Both the position numbers and the translations under genes were made by a program. Source: an uncultured Acidobacteriota bacterium (GTDB lineage: Bacteria > Acidobacteriota > Thermoanaerobaculia > Multivoradales > SZUA-115). Taken from it: a DNA stretch of 64,000 nt. Of the stretch, positions 40,508 through 51,558 are shown one piece after another; positions within the stretch are counted from its first letter, which is position 1, and each line of letters opens with the position of its first letter. Location of the stretch: NCBI GenBank assembly GCA_963805975.1, contig CAWDVR010000001.1:960001-1024000 (forward strand), read 5' to 3'. Under the pieces are notes generated by a model. That model was given only the letters and a program-made list of their open reading frames with translations, was not told where the DNA came from and ran no database searches.

Positions 40508-42910
40508 TCATTCTTCCCGCCTCAGGGCGGCCACCGGATCGGCCGCGGCAGCCCGTCGCGCCGGCGACGCGATGGCGAGGCCGGCCGCCAGCGCGAGCAG
40601 GCCGAGCGCCGTCAGGAGGGCTCCGGGCTCGACCCCACGAATGCCGTAGACCACCCGCGTCAGCAGCCGCTCGAGCGCCAGGGCCCCGGCCACGCCGGCG
40701 AGCGCACCCAGGCTCACGGTCCACGCGCCCTGGCGGGCGACCAGCGCCAGGATCTGCCGCCGTCCGGCGCCCAGGGCCATGCGGATGCCGAGCTCCCGCG
40801 AGCGGCGCTCGACGGTGTGACGGAGCACGCCGAAGATCCCGGCCGCGGCGAGCGCCAGCGCCAGCGCCGCGACCAGGCCGATGACGAGGCTGGCATACCG
40901 CGGCTGGGCCAGGGCCTCGGCCACGACGTCGTCGAGCGGCCTGAGCTGGCGCAGTGCCAGTTGGGGATCGAGCTCCCGCACGGCCTCGCGTGCCGCCGCG
41001 GCGAGCGCCAGGGGCTCGCCCGTGCCGGCCAGCAGCAACCCGACCTCGAACGGCGGGGCCTGGAGAAAGGAGACGAAGACTTCCGGCGCGGCCTCGCGCT
41101 CGAGCTGCACCTGGCGCGCGTCGCCGGCCACGCCGATCACCGTCCAGGCGGTCTGCGGCGTGATCTCGCGCTGCTCGAAGGCGAGCCGCTTGCCGATCGG
41201 GTCGCGGCCGGGCCAGGCCGCCTGGGCGAACGCCTGGTTGATCACCAGCGCGCGCTCGCCGCTCTGCGTGTCCGCCGCGGAGAGATCGCGGCCGGCGAGG
41301 AGCGGGATGCCGAGGGTCGCGAAGTAGCCGGGCGCGACCGCGCGGTAGCCGGTGCCATAGGCCTCGGTGGACGCCGCCGCCTCGGCGTAGGCGGAGCGCC
41401 GGACGGCGCGCACCGCGAGCGGCATCGGCGCGGTGAGGCTGGCCGCCGTGACCCCCGGCGCCTGGCGCAGCCGTTCGAGGAGCTCCCGGAAGAGCTCGCC
41501 GCGCGCGGCGGCGTTCGGGTAGCGCGCCGCGGGTGGGCGGAGCTGGAAGCTCAACACCTTGGCGGGCTCGAAGCCGAGCTCGACCCGGCTCAGCCTCTGG
41601 AACCCGGCGAGCGTCAGGGAGGCGCCGGTCACCAACATCAGCGCCAGGGCGACCTGCACCACCACCAGCCCGTTGCGCAGCGCGAGGCCCACGCGGCCGG
41701 CGTGGCCGCGGAGCGCGCCGGTGAGCCGGGCCCTCCAGGCGAGACGAATGGGCAGCAGCGCGCAGGCGACGGTCGCAAGGAGGATCACCGCCACGGCGGC
41801 CAGGAAGTCGCCGCCGTGGATGCCCATCGCGCTCAGGCGAGGGATGTTCTCCAGCCGCGACGCGGCGAGGAGCCTGGCGACCGCCAGCGCGAAGCCGAGC
41901 CCCAGGGCGACGCTGGCGGTGACCAGCAGCCCGCACTCGAGGAGCAGCGAGCGGGCGAGAGCCAGGCGCCCGACGCCGAGGGCGGCGCGAATCGCCATCT
42001 CCCGATCGCGCTCCAGCCCGCGGGCCAGCATGAGGCTCGCGACGTTGGCGCAGGCCAGCAGGAGCAGGAAGGCCCCGGCCCCCACGAGCGAGAGGAGCGC
42101 CGGCCGCTGGTTGACGTACAGGCGGTCGGCGAGCGGCTCGACCACCACTCGGGCGTCGCCGTTCTCCTGCGGGTAGGCCTCGGCGAGGTGCGCGGAGAGC
42201 GCCTCCATCTCCTGCCGCGCCGCCGCCAGCGTGACGCCCGGCCGCAGCTCCGCCATCACCCCCAGCCCGCGCCGCGAGCGCGAGGCGGCGGCCGGGTCGA
42301 GGGCGAGCGGCACCCACAGCTCGTGGCGCGCCATGAAGCTCGACCGTGCGACGCCGACCACGTGGTGGTCGCGGCCGTCGATCGGGATGGTCTTGCCGAC
42401 GAGCTGGCGGTCTGCTCCGAAGTGCTTGCGCCAAGTGGTCTCGCTCAGCACCACGACCGGCTGCGCGCCGGCCACGTCCTCCTCCGGTAGGAAGCCGCGG
42501 CCGGCGACCATCGCCAGCCGGGTCACCGGGAAGTAGTCGGCCGAGACCCGCGCGCCATCGAAGCTCACCGGATCGGTGCCGCCGGTCCAGGTGAAGCTGT
42601 CGAAGGAGACCGCCACCATGGCCGAGAACGAGCGGCTCTGCGCCTGCCAGTCGAGGAAGTTGGCGGGCGAGGTCGGCGCGCTCTTGACGGCGGTCGAGGC
42701 CAGCGCCTCGGTGAGCAGCACCATGCGCTCGGGCGCCCGCGCGGGCAGCGGCACGAAGAGGATCGAGTGCACGACGTTGAACAGCGCCAGGGCGGGCGCC
42801 GTGCCCAGGGTCAGCGTGCCCAGGATGCCCAGCGTGTAGCCGGGGCTGCGCCGGAGGCTCCGCCAGGCGACTCGAAGATCCGACAGCCAGCGGGGGGAGG
42901 TCTGCGGCAT
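40508..42910 (-). CDS. ADOP-type duplicated MacB/FtsX ABC permease
   Basis: DLRVAWRSLRRSPGY, ACANVASLMLARG..RE.AIRAALG, RE.GIRMALGA, PARRAA..DP..ALR. Confidence 0.9.
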   Translation of the reverse strand: MPQTSPRWLSDLRVAWRSLRRSPGYTLGILGTLTLGTAPALALFNVVHSILFVPLPARAPERMVLLTEALASTAVKSAPTSPANFLDWQAQSRSFSAMVAVSFDSFTWTGGTDPVSFDGARVSADYFPVTRLAMVAGRGFLPEEDVAGAQPVVVLSETTWRKHFGADRQLVGKTIPIDGRDHHVVGVARSSFMARHELWVPLALDPAAASRSRRGLGVMAELRPGVTLAAARQEMEALSAHLAEAYPQENGDARVVVEPLADRLYVNQRPALLSLVGAGAFLLLLACANVASLMLARGLERDREMAIRAALGVGRLALARSLLLECGLLVTASVALGLGFALAVARLLAASRLENIPRLSAMGIHGGDFLAAVAVILLATVACALLPIRLAWRARLTGALRGHAGRVGLALRNGLVVVQVALALMLVTGASLTLAGFQRLSRVELGFEPAKVLSFQLRPPAARYPNAAARGELFRELLERLRQAPGVTAASLTAPMPLAVRAVRRSAYAEAAASTEAYGTGYRAVAPGYFATLGIPLLAGRDLSAADTQSGERALVINQAFAQAAWPGRDPIGKRLAFEQREITPQTAWTVIGVAGDARQVQLEREAAPEVFVSFLQAPPFEVGLLLAGTGEPLALAAAAREAVRELDPQLALRQLRPLDDVVAEALAQPRYASLVIGLVAALALALAAAGIFGVLRHTVERRSRELGIRMALGAGRRQILALVARQGAWTVSLGALAGVAGALALERLLTRVVYGIRGVEPGALLTALGLLALAAGLAIASPARRAAAADPVAALRREE

Positions 42911-42922
42911 GGCGGCGCCGGC

Positions 42923-45328
42923 CTACTCCACGTACCCCAGGGCACGAAGCCGGTCGAGCTCCGCGCTCGACAGGTGGGAGGCGTGCTCCGCGTCGCTCGG
43001 CAGGGTCTTCTTGGCCTGGCCCTGGCGCCAGGCGTCGAGCACTCCCGCGAGCCGCCGGACCACCGCCGGCTCGCGGGCGGCGAGATCCTCGCGGTCGGCG
43101 GGCCGGTCGGGGTGGCGGAAGAGGGCGTAGGCCGCCGGCGCCTCCGCGGTGCTCCGGGTCTCGACCAGCTTCCAGCCGTCGAGGATGATCGAGTAGGCCT
43201 GGACCTCGCGCGGCGGCGGGCCGAGCAGGTTCTGGAGCCGGTGCTTGACCGAGAAGGCGGGGCGCGGGCCGCGCTGCCGCTCGCCCTCGCGGCCGGCCAC
43301 GAAGAGCGGCGCCAGGGTGCGTCCGTCGATCCCGGGCGGCGCCTCGAGGCCCGCGAGATCGAGCAGCGTGGGCATGAGATCGATGGTCTGGACCGTCTCC
43401 TCGACCTTGCGGGGCCCCAGCCGTGAGCCCTGCCAGAGCACCAGTGGCACGTGGGTCAGCTCGCCGAAGACGCTCTGGCCGTGAAACGAGCGCCCGTGGT
43501 CGAAGAACTCTTCGCCGTGGTCGCTGGTGAAGGCCACCAGCACCTCGTCCGCCATGTCCAGCTCCTCGAGCTTGGCGATCAGCCGGCCGAGGTTGTCGTC
43601 CAGGGCCCGCAGGGAGGCATCGTACCAATTGCGCCACGGGCTGATGAAGGAGTCTGGATCGAGGCCCGCCGCCCGCACCTCGTCTGCGCTCGGCATGTTG
43701 ATCGAGCGCATCAGGGGATCGGCGATGTGGCCGCGCACTTGCGCCAGTCGTCGGCCCTGCTCCTCGGCGTCGCCTGGACCGTTCCACAGCGTGTCGTAGG
43801 GCGCCGGCGGCTGGTACGGGTAGTGCGGGTCGAAGAGGTGGAGGAGCACGAAGAAGGGGGCGTGGCGGTGGCCCTCGAGCCAGGGCAGCAGGCGGTCCAC
43901 GTAGGGCCCCGAGGTCTTGCTCACCGGCTGCGCCTTGACCGAGGTCACCTCGTGCAGTTCCTCGAACCCCTGGTGCAGATTGCTCATCCGGCCGGTGAAC
44001 AGGACCGACGACAGGGACAGGGTGGAGTAGCCCCCGGCGCGGAAGGCCTCCGCCAGGGTGAGGGCGGCCGATGGCAGCCGATCATCGAACTCCAGCACCC
44101 GGTGCCTGTCCGGATAGAGCGCGGTGAGGATCGAGGGCACCGCGGTCTTGGTCCAGGTGGCCTCGCTCTGGCAGTCCGTGAAAGTGACGCCCTGCTCGCC
44201 CAGCCGGCGCAGGGTGGGTGCCGTGGGGACGGGGTTGCCGTAGAGGTCGAGGCGATCGGCGCGCAGGGTATCCGCGACCACCAGGATCACCCCGCGCGGG
44301 CGCTCGCCCGACGGCCCCCGGAAGGGCCCGCGGACCACAGGGCTGCCCCAGAAGCCCACGGCGCCAGGCTGCTCGCCGGCGAGAGCCAGCTCGAGGCTGA
44401 CCTGCTCTCCGGCGAACGCCGTGAGGTCGACGGAGCCTTCCTGCCAGCGGCCGGGCTCTGTGACCTCGTGCGAGTAGACCGTCTCCGCCGGCCGCCCCGG
44501 CCGGGAGAGGCGCACCTCGAAGCGCAGCGGCTGGCCTTCGAGCGTGCCCAGGGCGAGGTCCAGCCGGGGCCCCTCCGGCAGCTCGAGCGAGAACCGCAGG
44601 CTCTCCGGCGCATGGCTGACCAGGGTCTCCCGGTAGATCTCGCCCAGGCCCTGCCAGGAGGGCCCGCTGGGAATCGAAGCCAGGTGCTCCCGGCGCAGGA
44701 TCACGGCCAGGGACTCGATGGCGAAGGCGGCCTCCGGAGCGTCGCTGGGGCGGACCAGCACGGTCTTCAGCTGGCTCCGCCGGAGCGGCAGCGGCGAGGT
44801 GAGCACGTAGGTGTGGAGCCCGCCGTCGGCCAGGAGCGCGCTCTTCAGGCTCATCACCCCCCAGAAGAAGTCGGCCGGCTGCGCGGCCACCCGCGCCAGG
44901 TCCACCTCCGGGTCGGGCATGAAACGGACGTAGAGGTGCTTGCCGGCCGAGGCTCGCATACGGACGACCACCGAGTGCACCTCGTCCTCCGGTCCCTCGG
45001 GATCGGGTACCGAGTTGCTCAGCACACCGACCGCGCTCGTCGTCCTGCCGGCGAGCAGCGCGCCTTCGAGGTGCAGGTCGGCGATTCCGGGCCCGCTCTC
45101 CCAGCCGCTGGCCGGGGCGCTCGCGTCCCCTGCCGGCAGAGGCCGGTCGAAGCGCCAGGAGATCGCCGGCTCGGCCGGCGGAGTGGAGGAGTGGTCTGCG
45201 GCCTCGAAGAGGTCGGTCAGGCGGAGCGCGGTGGCTTCCGGCGACAGCGTCCGCCGGCAGCCCGCCGCCAGGGTGGCGCAGAGCAGCAGATGGAGCAGGA
45301 GCAACGGGCCACGCTCGACCACGGCCAT
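42923..45328 (-). CDS. Sulfatase-like (alkaline phosphatase superfamily) lipoprotein
   Basis: LAAGC lipobox, VADTLRAD, DPH.PY, TSDHGEEF..HG. Active-site region reads WTKTAVPS rather than (C/S)xPxR. Confidence 0.82.
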   Translation of the reverse strand: MAVVERGPLLLLHLLLCATLAAGCRRTLSPEATALRLTDLFEAADHSSTPPAEPAISWRFDRPLPAGDASAPASGWESGPGIADLHLEGALLAGRTTSAVGVLSNSVPDPEGPEDEVHSVVVRMRASAGKHLYVRFMPDPEVDLARVAAQPADFFWGVMSLKSALLADGGLHTYVLTSPLPLRRSQLKTVLVRPSDAPEAAFAIESLAVILRREHLASIPSGPSWQGLGEIYRETLVSHAPESLRFSLELPEGPRLDLALGTLEGQPLRFEVRLSRPGRPAETVYSHEVTEPGRWQEGSVDLTAFAGEQVSLELALAGEQPGAVGFWGSPVVRGPFRGPSGERPRGVILVVADTLRADRLDLYGNPVPTAPTLRRLGEQGVTFTDCQSEATWTKTAVPSILTALYPDRHRVLEFDDRLPSAALTLAEAFRAGGYSTLSLSSVLFTGRMSNLHQGFEELHEVTSVKAQPVSKTSGPYVDRLLPWLEGHRHAPFFVLLHLFDPHYPYQPPAPYDTLWNGPGDAEEQGRRLAQVRGHIADPLMRSINMPSADEVRAAGLDPDSFISPWRNWYDASLRALDDNLGRLIAKLEELDMADEVLVAFTSDHGEEFFDHGRSFHGQSVFGELTHVPLVLWQGSRLGPRKVEETVQTIDLMPTLLDLAGLEAPPGIDGRTLAPLFVAGREGERQRGPRPAFSVKHRLQNLLGPPPREVQAYSIILDGWKLVETRSTAEAPAAYALFRHPDRPADREDLAAREPAVVRRLAGVLDAWRQGQAKKTLPSDAEHASHLSSAELDRLRALGYVE

Positions 45329-45359
45329 AGGGATCCTGTCTCTAACCCACCCTTCAAGA

Positions 45360-45375
45360 TGCATGAGAACCGCCT
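45360..45375 (-). promoter_or_regulatory. Weaker sigma-54-like promoter for the sulfatase operon
   Basis: Minus strand AGGCGGTTCTCATGCA keeps GG-N10-GC spacing, ~30 nt upstream of ATG 45328. Confidence 0.4.
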
Positions 45376-45419
45376 TTCGACGACACTTCGTCGGCAGATC
45401 GCGAGCCGCTGACCGGGCT

Positions 45420-45455
45420 GGGTCAGCTCTTTCACGCACGGGTAAGCTGTTTCAC
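45420..45455. promoter_or_regulatory. Direct-repeat pair, putative activator binding sites
   Basis: GGGTCAGCTCTTTCAC (45420-35) and GGGTAAGCTGTTTCAC (45440-55), 14/16 identical, in the divergent intergenic region. Confidence 0.55.
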
Positions 45456-45564
45456 GAAGCTCCCCGCGAGGCTGTCCCATTTGGACGCCGGGCCGCACTT
45501 GAATTGATGAGTGCGCAGCCGGTTGAGTAGACGCCTTCTCAACCGGTCCCAGCCCCGACCCGCC

Positions 45565-46626
<1,062 letters not shown>

Positions 46627-46699
46627 CCGGCGTCGAACCCGGTGCTCGCCCGCGCCCTCGCCGGGAGCCGGCCCTGCCTGGAGTAGAATCCCGCCCCTG

Positions 46700-46775
46700 G
46701 GGCCGTTAGCTCAGTTGGTAGAGCAACTGACTTTTAATCAGTGGGTCGCAGGTTCGATCCCTGCACGGCCTACCA
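46700..46775 (+). tRNA. tRNA-Lys (anticodon TTT)
   Basis: GGGCCGT/ACGGCCT acceptor stem, D arm AGCTCAGTTGGTAGAGC, anticodon loop CTTTTAA, T arm GGTTCGATCC, encoded CCA. TAGAAT -10 box at 46684. Confidence 0.97.
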
Positions 46776-47112
46776 GCGTTCCGCCTGATCCAGAGGGAGG
46801 ATGGCTGCCGTGCATCCAGGTTCCAGCCGGCCCTTCGCTGCCTCGCGGTCCACTGCCACTCGTCCGACCGCGCCGCACGTCCAGAGAGCTCTGTCCCATG
46901 CGCGGGCGGATGGGCTCCAGTTGCGGAGGGCGGGCATGAGGGCGGGCATGCAGCCGCCCGCGGTTCTCGTCCTCGCCATGTTGGCTCCTCGGCGGAGCGC
47001 ATTCCAGAAGGTAGCGAGCGGCGGTCAGGCTGCCCACGTCGAGCGAGCGGTGAGCGTAGCCCAGGCGAAGCCCGCACCAGGTCACCTCGCGGACCCCGCC
47101 GTCCTGCAGAGA

Positions 47113-47592
47113 ATGGAACGCCAGTCCCAGCAAGCCAAGAGCCGAAGGAACGTGCAGGCATACGCCGCCGACTTCTACAGCAATTACCGGGCGATCATCG
47201 ACGATCTCATCGACCGGGAGGGCTTCGTCGTGCGCGGGCATGCGTCGGGCAAGAAGGGCTCGGGGATGAACCAGGCGACGAAGGATGACCTGAGAAAGCT
47301 GCGCGATCGCGTCCGGGAGCGCAACGGCTCGGTGGAGCTGTCGTCGGAGGAAGACCAGGAGTGGGGAAGCAAGGCAGAGAAGGTGGAGCGCCTGCCCCAG
47401 ATGGTGTCGTCGAGCAAAGAGCTGATGTACCTCGCCTACTGTGACGCAAAGCTCAGAGCGAGGTGGGCGAGAGAGGAGCAGAAGGATCCGAGCGCCGCAT
47501 TTCTCGAGTATCTCAACGCCGCCTGGGAGCATCGCGCATGGCCAGAGGGCTGGAAGCAGTTCTACATCGGGGAGTACGAGTCGAAGAAGTGA
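47113..47592 (+). CDS. Hypothetical protein (start uncertain)
   Basis: 3' part of ORF 46801-47592 has protein-like composition. Its stop overlaps the desaturase GTG (GTGA). Confidence 0.55.
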   Translation: MERQSQQAKSRRNVQAYAADFYSNYRAIIDDLIDREGFVVRGHASGKKGSGMNQATKDDLRKLRDRVRERNGSVELSSEEDQEWGSKAEKVERLPQMVSSSKELMYLAYCDAKLRARWAREEQKDPSAAFLEYLNAAWEHRAWPEGWKQFYIGEYESKK

Positions 47593-48356
47593 GACGGGTC
47601 TTGCGCCACCCGGAGGACCGCTGGCCGCTGGCCTACACCTCGATGGTACTGGCGGTGCAGCTCGGGCTGTTCTTCGGGGTCGAGAGCCTGTGGGCGACAG
47701 CGCTCTGCGTCGCCCTGTTCCAGCCGGTGCAGGCGGTGGCCATTGCCTGCAACCACTACCAGCACCACGTCAATGTGTTCACCGTGCGCGCGCTGAACAG
47801 GGCGTACGAGGTGGTTCTCTTTCTCCAGACCGGAACTCCGCCCTTCCTGATCACCCTGCACCACAACCTGGGCCATCACCCGCACTATCTGGAGCCCGAG
47901 CAGGACACCCTCCGCTGGCAGCGCCCGGGGGGCTCGCCCCGCAGCCGGCTCGAGTGCCTGGTGAAGAACTTCGCCGGGCACCTCACCTGGACGATCGCCC
48001 TCGGCCGACGCTACCCGAAGGTCTACCGGCGCTTGAAGCGCATGAGCGCCGTCAGCCTGGTGGTGCTCGCGATCCTGGTCTACCTCGACCCTGCCAAGGC
48101 GCTGATCGTCTTCGTCGGGCCGATGCTGCTCGCCATCTTCAACGTCGCGCGGCTGGGCTACGACCAGCACGCCGGCTTGGGGCTGGACGACCACTTGAGC
48201 GCCTCGCGCAACAACGAGAGCCGCCTGTACAACCTGGTGACCTTCAACTCCGGCTACCACACGGCCCACCACGTCAAGCCGGGCCTGCACTGGTCGCGCC
48301 TGCCCGAATTCCACCGCCAGCTCCGCGACCGCATTCCGGCGGAGCTGCGCTCTTAG
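47589..48356 (+). CDS. Membrane fatty acid desaturase/hydroxylase family protein
   Basis: His boxes HYQHH, HHNLGHH, HTAHH, with TM helices. Confidence 0.88.
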   Translation: MRRVLRHPEDRWPLAYTSMVLAVQLGLFFGVESLWATALCVALFQPVQAVAIACNHYQHHVNVFTVRALNRAYEVVLFLQTGTPPFLITLHHNLGHHPHYLEPEQDTLRWQRPGGSPRSRLECLVKNFAGHLTWTIALGRRYPKVYRRLKRMSAVSLVVLAILVYLDPAKALIVFVGPMLLAIFNVARLGYDQHAGLGLDDHLSASRNNESRLYNLVTFNSGYHTAHHVKPGLHWSRLPEFHRQLRDRIPAELRS

Positions 48357-48397
48357 CCGGATCGAGGAGTTTCGACGCTCGCGGAAGGAGGGAGTCC

Positions 48398-49270
48398 ATG
48401 CACCGTACTGTCGAGCGAACGCAACCCCTATCCGCACCGCGGCAGGAGGGTCGCGTCAGTCGGGTCATGGCGGTCTCGTTCCTACTCGTCCACGTCGTGG
48501 CGCTAGGGGTCTTCCTGATCCCATTCGAGGCCTGGTACGTGGGGCTCGCGGTCGGTCTCTACTATCTGCGGATGTTCGGCGTCACCGCGGGGTACCATCG
48601 CTATTTCGCCCATCGCGCCTACAAGACCAGCCGGGCCTTTCAGTTCCTGCTCGCCTGGCTGGCGGTCTCGAGCGCGCAAAAGGGCGTTCTCTGGTGGGCG
48701 GCTCATCATCGCGAGCATCATCAGTACTCGGATCAACCAGAGGATGTCCACTCACCGGTCCAAGGCGGCCTCTGGTGGGCGCACGTGGGCTGGATCTTCG
48801 CGCCGCGCAACGTCGAAACGAACCTGGCCCGTGTACCGGACCTGGCGCGGTTCCCGGAGCTGCGCTGGCTGGAGAAGTGGCAGTTGGTGCCGCCTGCCAC
48901 GCTGGCGGCGGGGCTGCTGCTCTGGGGAGGTCTGCCGGCGTTGCTATGGGGCTTCTTCGTCTCGACGACGCTCCTGTGGCATGGCACCTTCACTATCAAC
49001 TCACTCGCCCATCTCTTCGGCAGCCGGCGGTATGCGACGCCGGACGACAGCCGCAACAACTGGTTCCTCGCCCTCCTCACCCTGGGAGAGGGATGGCACA
49101 ACAATCATCATTACTACCGGCCGGCAGCCAATCAGGGATTCTTCTGGTGGGAATTCGACCCGACCTTCTACATCCTGAAGCTGCTCTCTTGGGTTGGGCT
49201 GGTCTGGGACCTGCGCACGCCGCCCAGACGTGTGCTGGAAGCAGGGGCTCGGCAGTCCGGCTCGCGGTGA
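48398..49270 (+). CDS. Acyl-CoA (delta-9 type) desaturase
   Basis: GYHRYFAHRAY, HHREHH, GEGWHNNHH. GGAGG RBS. Confidence 0.93.
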   Translation: MHRTVERTQPLSAPRQEGRVSRVMAVSFLLVHVVALGVFLIPFEAWYVGLAVGLYYLRMFGVTAGYHRYFAHRAYKTSRAFQFLLAWLAVSSAQKGVLWWAAHHREHHQYSDQPEDVHSPVQGGLWWAHVGWIFAPRNVETNLARVPDLARFPELRWLEKWQLVPPATLAAGLLLWGGLPALLWGFFVSTTLLWHGTFTINSLAHLFGSRRYATPDDSRNNWFLALLTLGEGWHNNHHYYRPAANQGFFWWEFDPTFYILKLLSWVGLVWDLRTPPRRVLEAGARQSGSR

Positions 49271-49507
49271 GCGTGCGCCAAAACGTCCTGCGCGCAGCTT
49301 CATCCTGGCAGGTCGCGGGCAGGCTGCTCGGCCTGTCGCTCGCCCGGCGATACTCCGGGTGCTGCTCCCACACCATGGCCCGTAAAGCAGAACGTATTCC
49401 ACCGCACGCGGAGCCGGCCCTCCAAGGGCTCCCGAGCATGGACATTCCGGCATCGACTCGTTACAGTCGCTCTCGAATCAAGCGTCTCGATCAGAAAGGG
49501 GCGGGCG

Positions 49508-50737
49508 GTGAGCGAGCTCTCTCATCCGGCAATCGCTGACGCCGCGATCGGCGATCACCCGGTCCATCCCCTGATCTCGGGGCTGCGGCAGCGCCATGCG
49601 AAACTCGGTGCTCGAGCCCGGCACTTCGAGCTACGCCTGCCGGACGGCACGGCACATGCGATCGGTGGTGGCGGCGAGCCCGCCTTCACCGTCCGCATCG
49701 CCACCGACAAGGGCCTCGCCGCCATGGCGGCGTTCGACGAGCTGGCGGTGGCCGAGGCGTACATGGACGGCGATCTCGACCTCGAGGGTGATCTGCTGGC
49801 GGCGCTCAAGCACCGGCCGGTTCTCGGCGACCCGCACCCGCTCAAGTACCTGGTCTCGACCTACGTCGAGCCCTTGCTCTTCGGCCAGGTGGGGCGCGAC
49901 AAGAAGTGGATCAAGAGCCACTACGACGTCGACCCCAACTTCTTCCTGCTCTGGCTCGACGGCAAGCTGCGCGCCTACTCGCACGGCTTTTTCGGGCACG
50001 ACGACGAGCCGCTCGAGGCCGGGATGGAGCGCAAGTTCCGCTACGCCTATGACGCCTGCGGCATCCGGCCCGGCCAGCGCGTGCTCGACATCGGCGGCGG
50101 CTGGGGTTCGTTCCTGGAGTTCGCCGGCGAGCAGGGTGTGCACGTGACCTCTATCACCATCTCCGACGAGTCCGAGCGGACGATGCGGGATCTGATCCGC
50201 CGCCGCGGCCTGGCCTGCGAGGTGGTCAAGGAGCACTTCCTCGAGTACCGGTCCGCCGAGCCGTTCGACGCCATCGTCAACCTCGGGGTCACCGAGCACC
50301 TGCCGGACTATCGCCGCACCCTGGCGCAGTACGAGCGCCTGCTGAAGCCGGGCCGCCGGGTGTATCTCGACGCCTACTCGGGCGCGCGGCACGGCATGCC
50401 CTCGTTCATCTCCAAGTGGGTGTTCCAGGGCAACACCTCACCGCTCTGCCTCGAGAGGTACCTCGCCGAGGTGGCGCGCACCCCCTTCGAGGTGGTGGTG
50501 ATCAAGAACGACCGCCACAACTACTTCCTGAGCTGCAAGAAGTGGGCGGAGAACCTGGAGGCGAAGCGCGACGAGGTCATCGCGCGCTGGGGCCGGCACC
50601 TCTACCGCCGCTTCGTCCTCTACCTGTGGTCGGCGGCCAACTCGTTCGAGACCGGCACTCTTTCCGCGCACCACATGATCCTGCAACTGCCGGCGCCGGG
50701 CAGCGCCCCGCGAGCGGCCCTGGAGTCCTGGTCGTGA
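49508..50737 (+). CDS. Cyclopropane-fatty-acyl-phospholipid synthase family SAM methyltransferase
   Basis: AEAYMDG, I.SHYD, AYS, VLDIGGGWG, SITIS, EH, FISKWVF. Confidence 0.88.
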   Translation: MSELSHPAIADAAIGDHPVHPLISGLRQRHAKLGARARHFELRLPDGTAHAIGGGGEPAFTVRIATDKGLAAMAAFDELAVAEAYMDGDLDLEGDLLAALKHRPVLGDPHPLKYLVSTYVEPLLFGQVGRDKKWIKSHYDVDPNFFLLWLDGKLRAYSHGFFGHDDEPLEAGMERKFRYAYDACGIRPGQRVLDIGGGWGSFLEFAGEQGVHVTSITISDESERTMRDLIRRRGLACEVVKEHFLEYRSAEPFDAIVNLGVTEHLPDYRRTLAQYERLLKPGRRVYLDAYSGARHGMPSFISKWVFQGNTSPLCLERYLAEVARTPFEVVVIKNDRHNYFLSCKKWAENLEAKRDEVIARWGRHLYRRFVLYLWSAANSFETGTLSAHHMILQLPAPGSAPRAALESWS

Positions 50738-51558
50738 GCCCTCCGGTCCTGACCGACGCGTACGAGCAACCGGCTGTGGGCGACGCCTTCGAGGTGGCGC
50801 CCTACACTCCGCGCGAGGTGCGGTTCCACCTCCTCGGCGCGGTGCTCAACGGGATGGTCACGCTGGGCGGCCTGGTGTGGCTGTTCACCGCCGGGCGAGA
50901 GGCCTCGCTGGCCTGGCCCGGAATCCTCCTCGCCGTGCTCGCCGGCATCTACGCCGCCGACCTGGTCTCCGGCCTGCTGCACTGGGCGTTCGACACCTGG
51001 TTCGACGAGGAGATCGCCTTCCTGCGCCGCATGGTGCTGCAGGTCCGCGAGCACCACGTTTACCCGAACCGCATCTTCCGCATCAGCTTTCGCCACGATG
51101 CCGGCACGCTGTCGTGGATCGCGCTGATCCTGACCGGCCCTCTGGTCCTGTGGGCGATCGCGGTCGGCCCCGGCCCCAGCACGGGCATCGGGCCGGTCGC
51201 CGGCTACACCGTCCTGGCGGCGGCGGTGTTCAACGTCCTCCTGGTCACCATGCTCGAGTTCCACAAGTGCGGGCACCGCGCCCGCAACCCGCGCTGGGTG
51301 CGCCTGCTGCAGCGCAGCGGCCTCCTGCTCTCGGTGCCCCACCACATCCAACACCACTCGGGAAACCACGACTACAACTACTGCCTGATCAACGGCTGGG
51401 CGGACCGCACCCTGGGCCGGATCGGACTGTTCCGCGGCCTGGAGTGGCTGATCGCCCGTTGGAGCGGCGCGCGGCCACAGCGCAACGACCACCAATGGCT
51501 GCGCCGCTTCGGGCGCAAGGTCGTCGGGCGCAGCGCCGGCCGCCAGCGGGCGGTATGA
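50734..51558 (+). CDS. CarF/TMEM189/FAD4-type lipid desaturase
   Basis: DLVSGLLHWAFDTW, REHH, HKCGH, HHIQHH, NYCLINGW. GTGA overlap with the Cfa-like gene. Confidence 0.85.
   Translation: MSPPVLTDAYEQPAVGDAFEVAPYTPREVRFHLLGAVLNGMVTLGGLVWLFTAGREASLAWPGILLAVLAGIYAADLVSGLLHWAFDTWFDEEIAFLRRMVLQVREHHVYPNRIFRISFRHDAGTLSWIALILTGPLVLWAIAVGPGPSTGIGPVAGYTVLAAAVFNVLLVTMLEFHKCGHRARNPRWVRLLQRSGLLLSVPHHIQHHSGNHDYNYCLINGWADRTLGRIGLFRGLEWLIARWSGARPQRNDHQWLRRFGRKVVGRSAGRQRAV

Noticed and set aside
40491-43787. 1098-aa Arg/Pro/Gly-rich ORF and similar long alternative-frame ORFs
   Set aside because: Off-frame readthrough of real genes in GC-rich sequence, with low-complexity translation.
46925-46960. Short direct repeat GAGGGCGGGCATG x2 downstream of the tRNA
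   Set aside because: Two copies in very GC-rich DNA with no further structure, so there is too little evidence for function.
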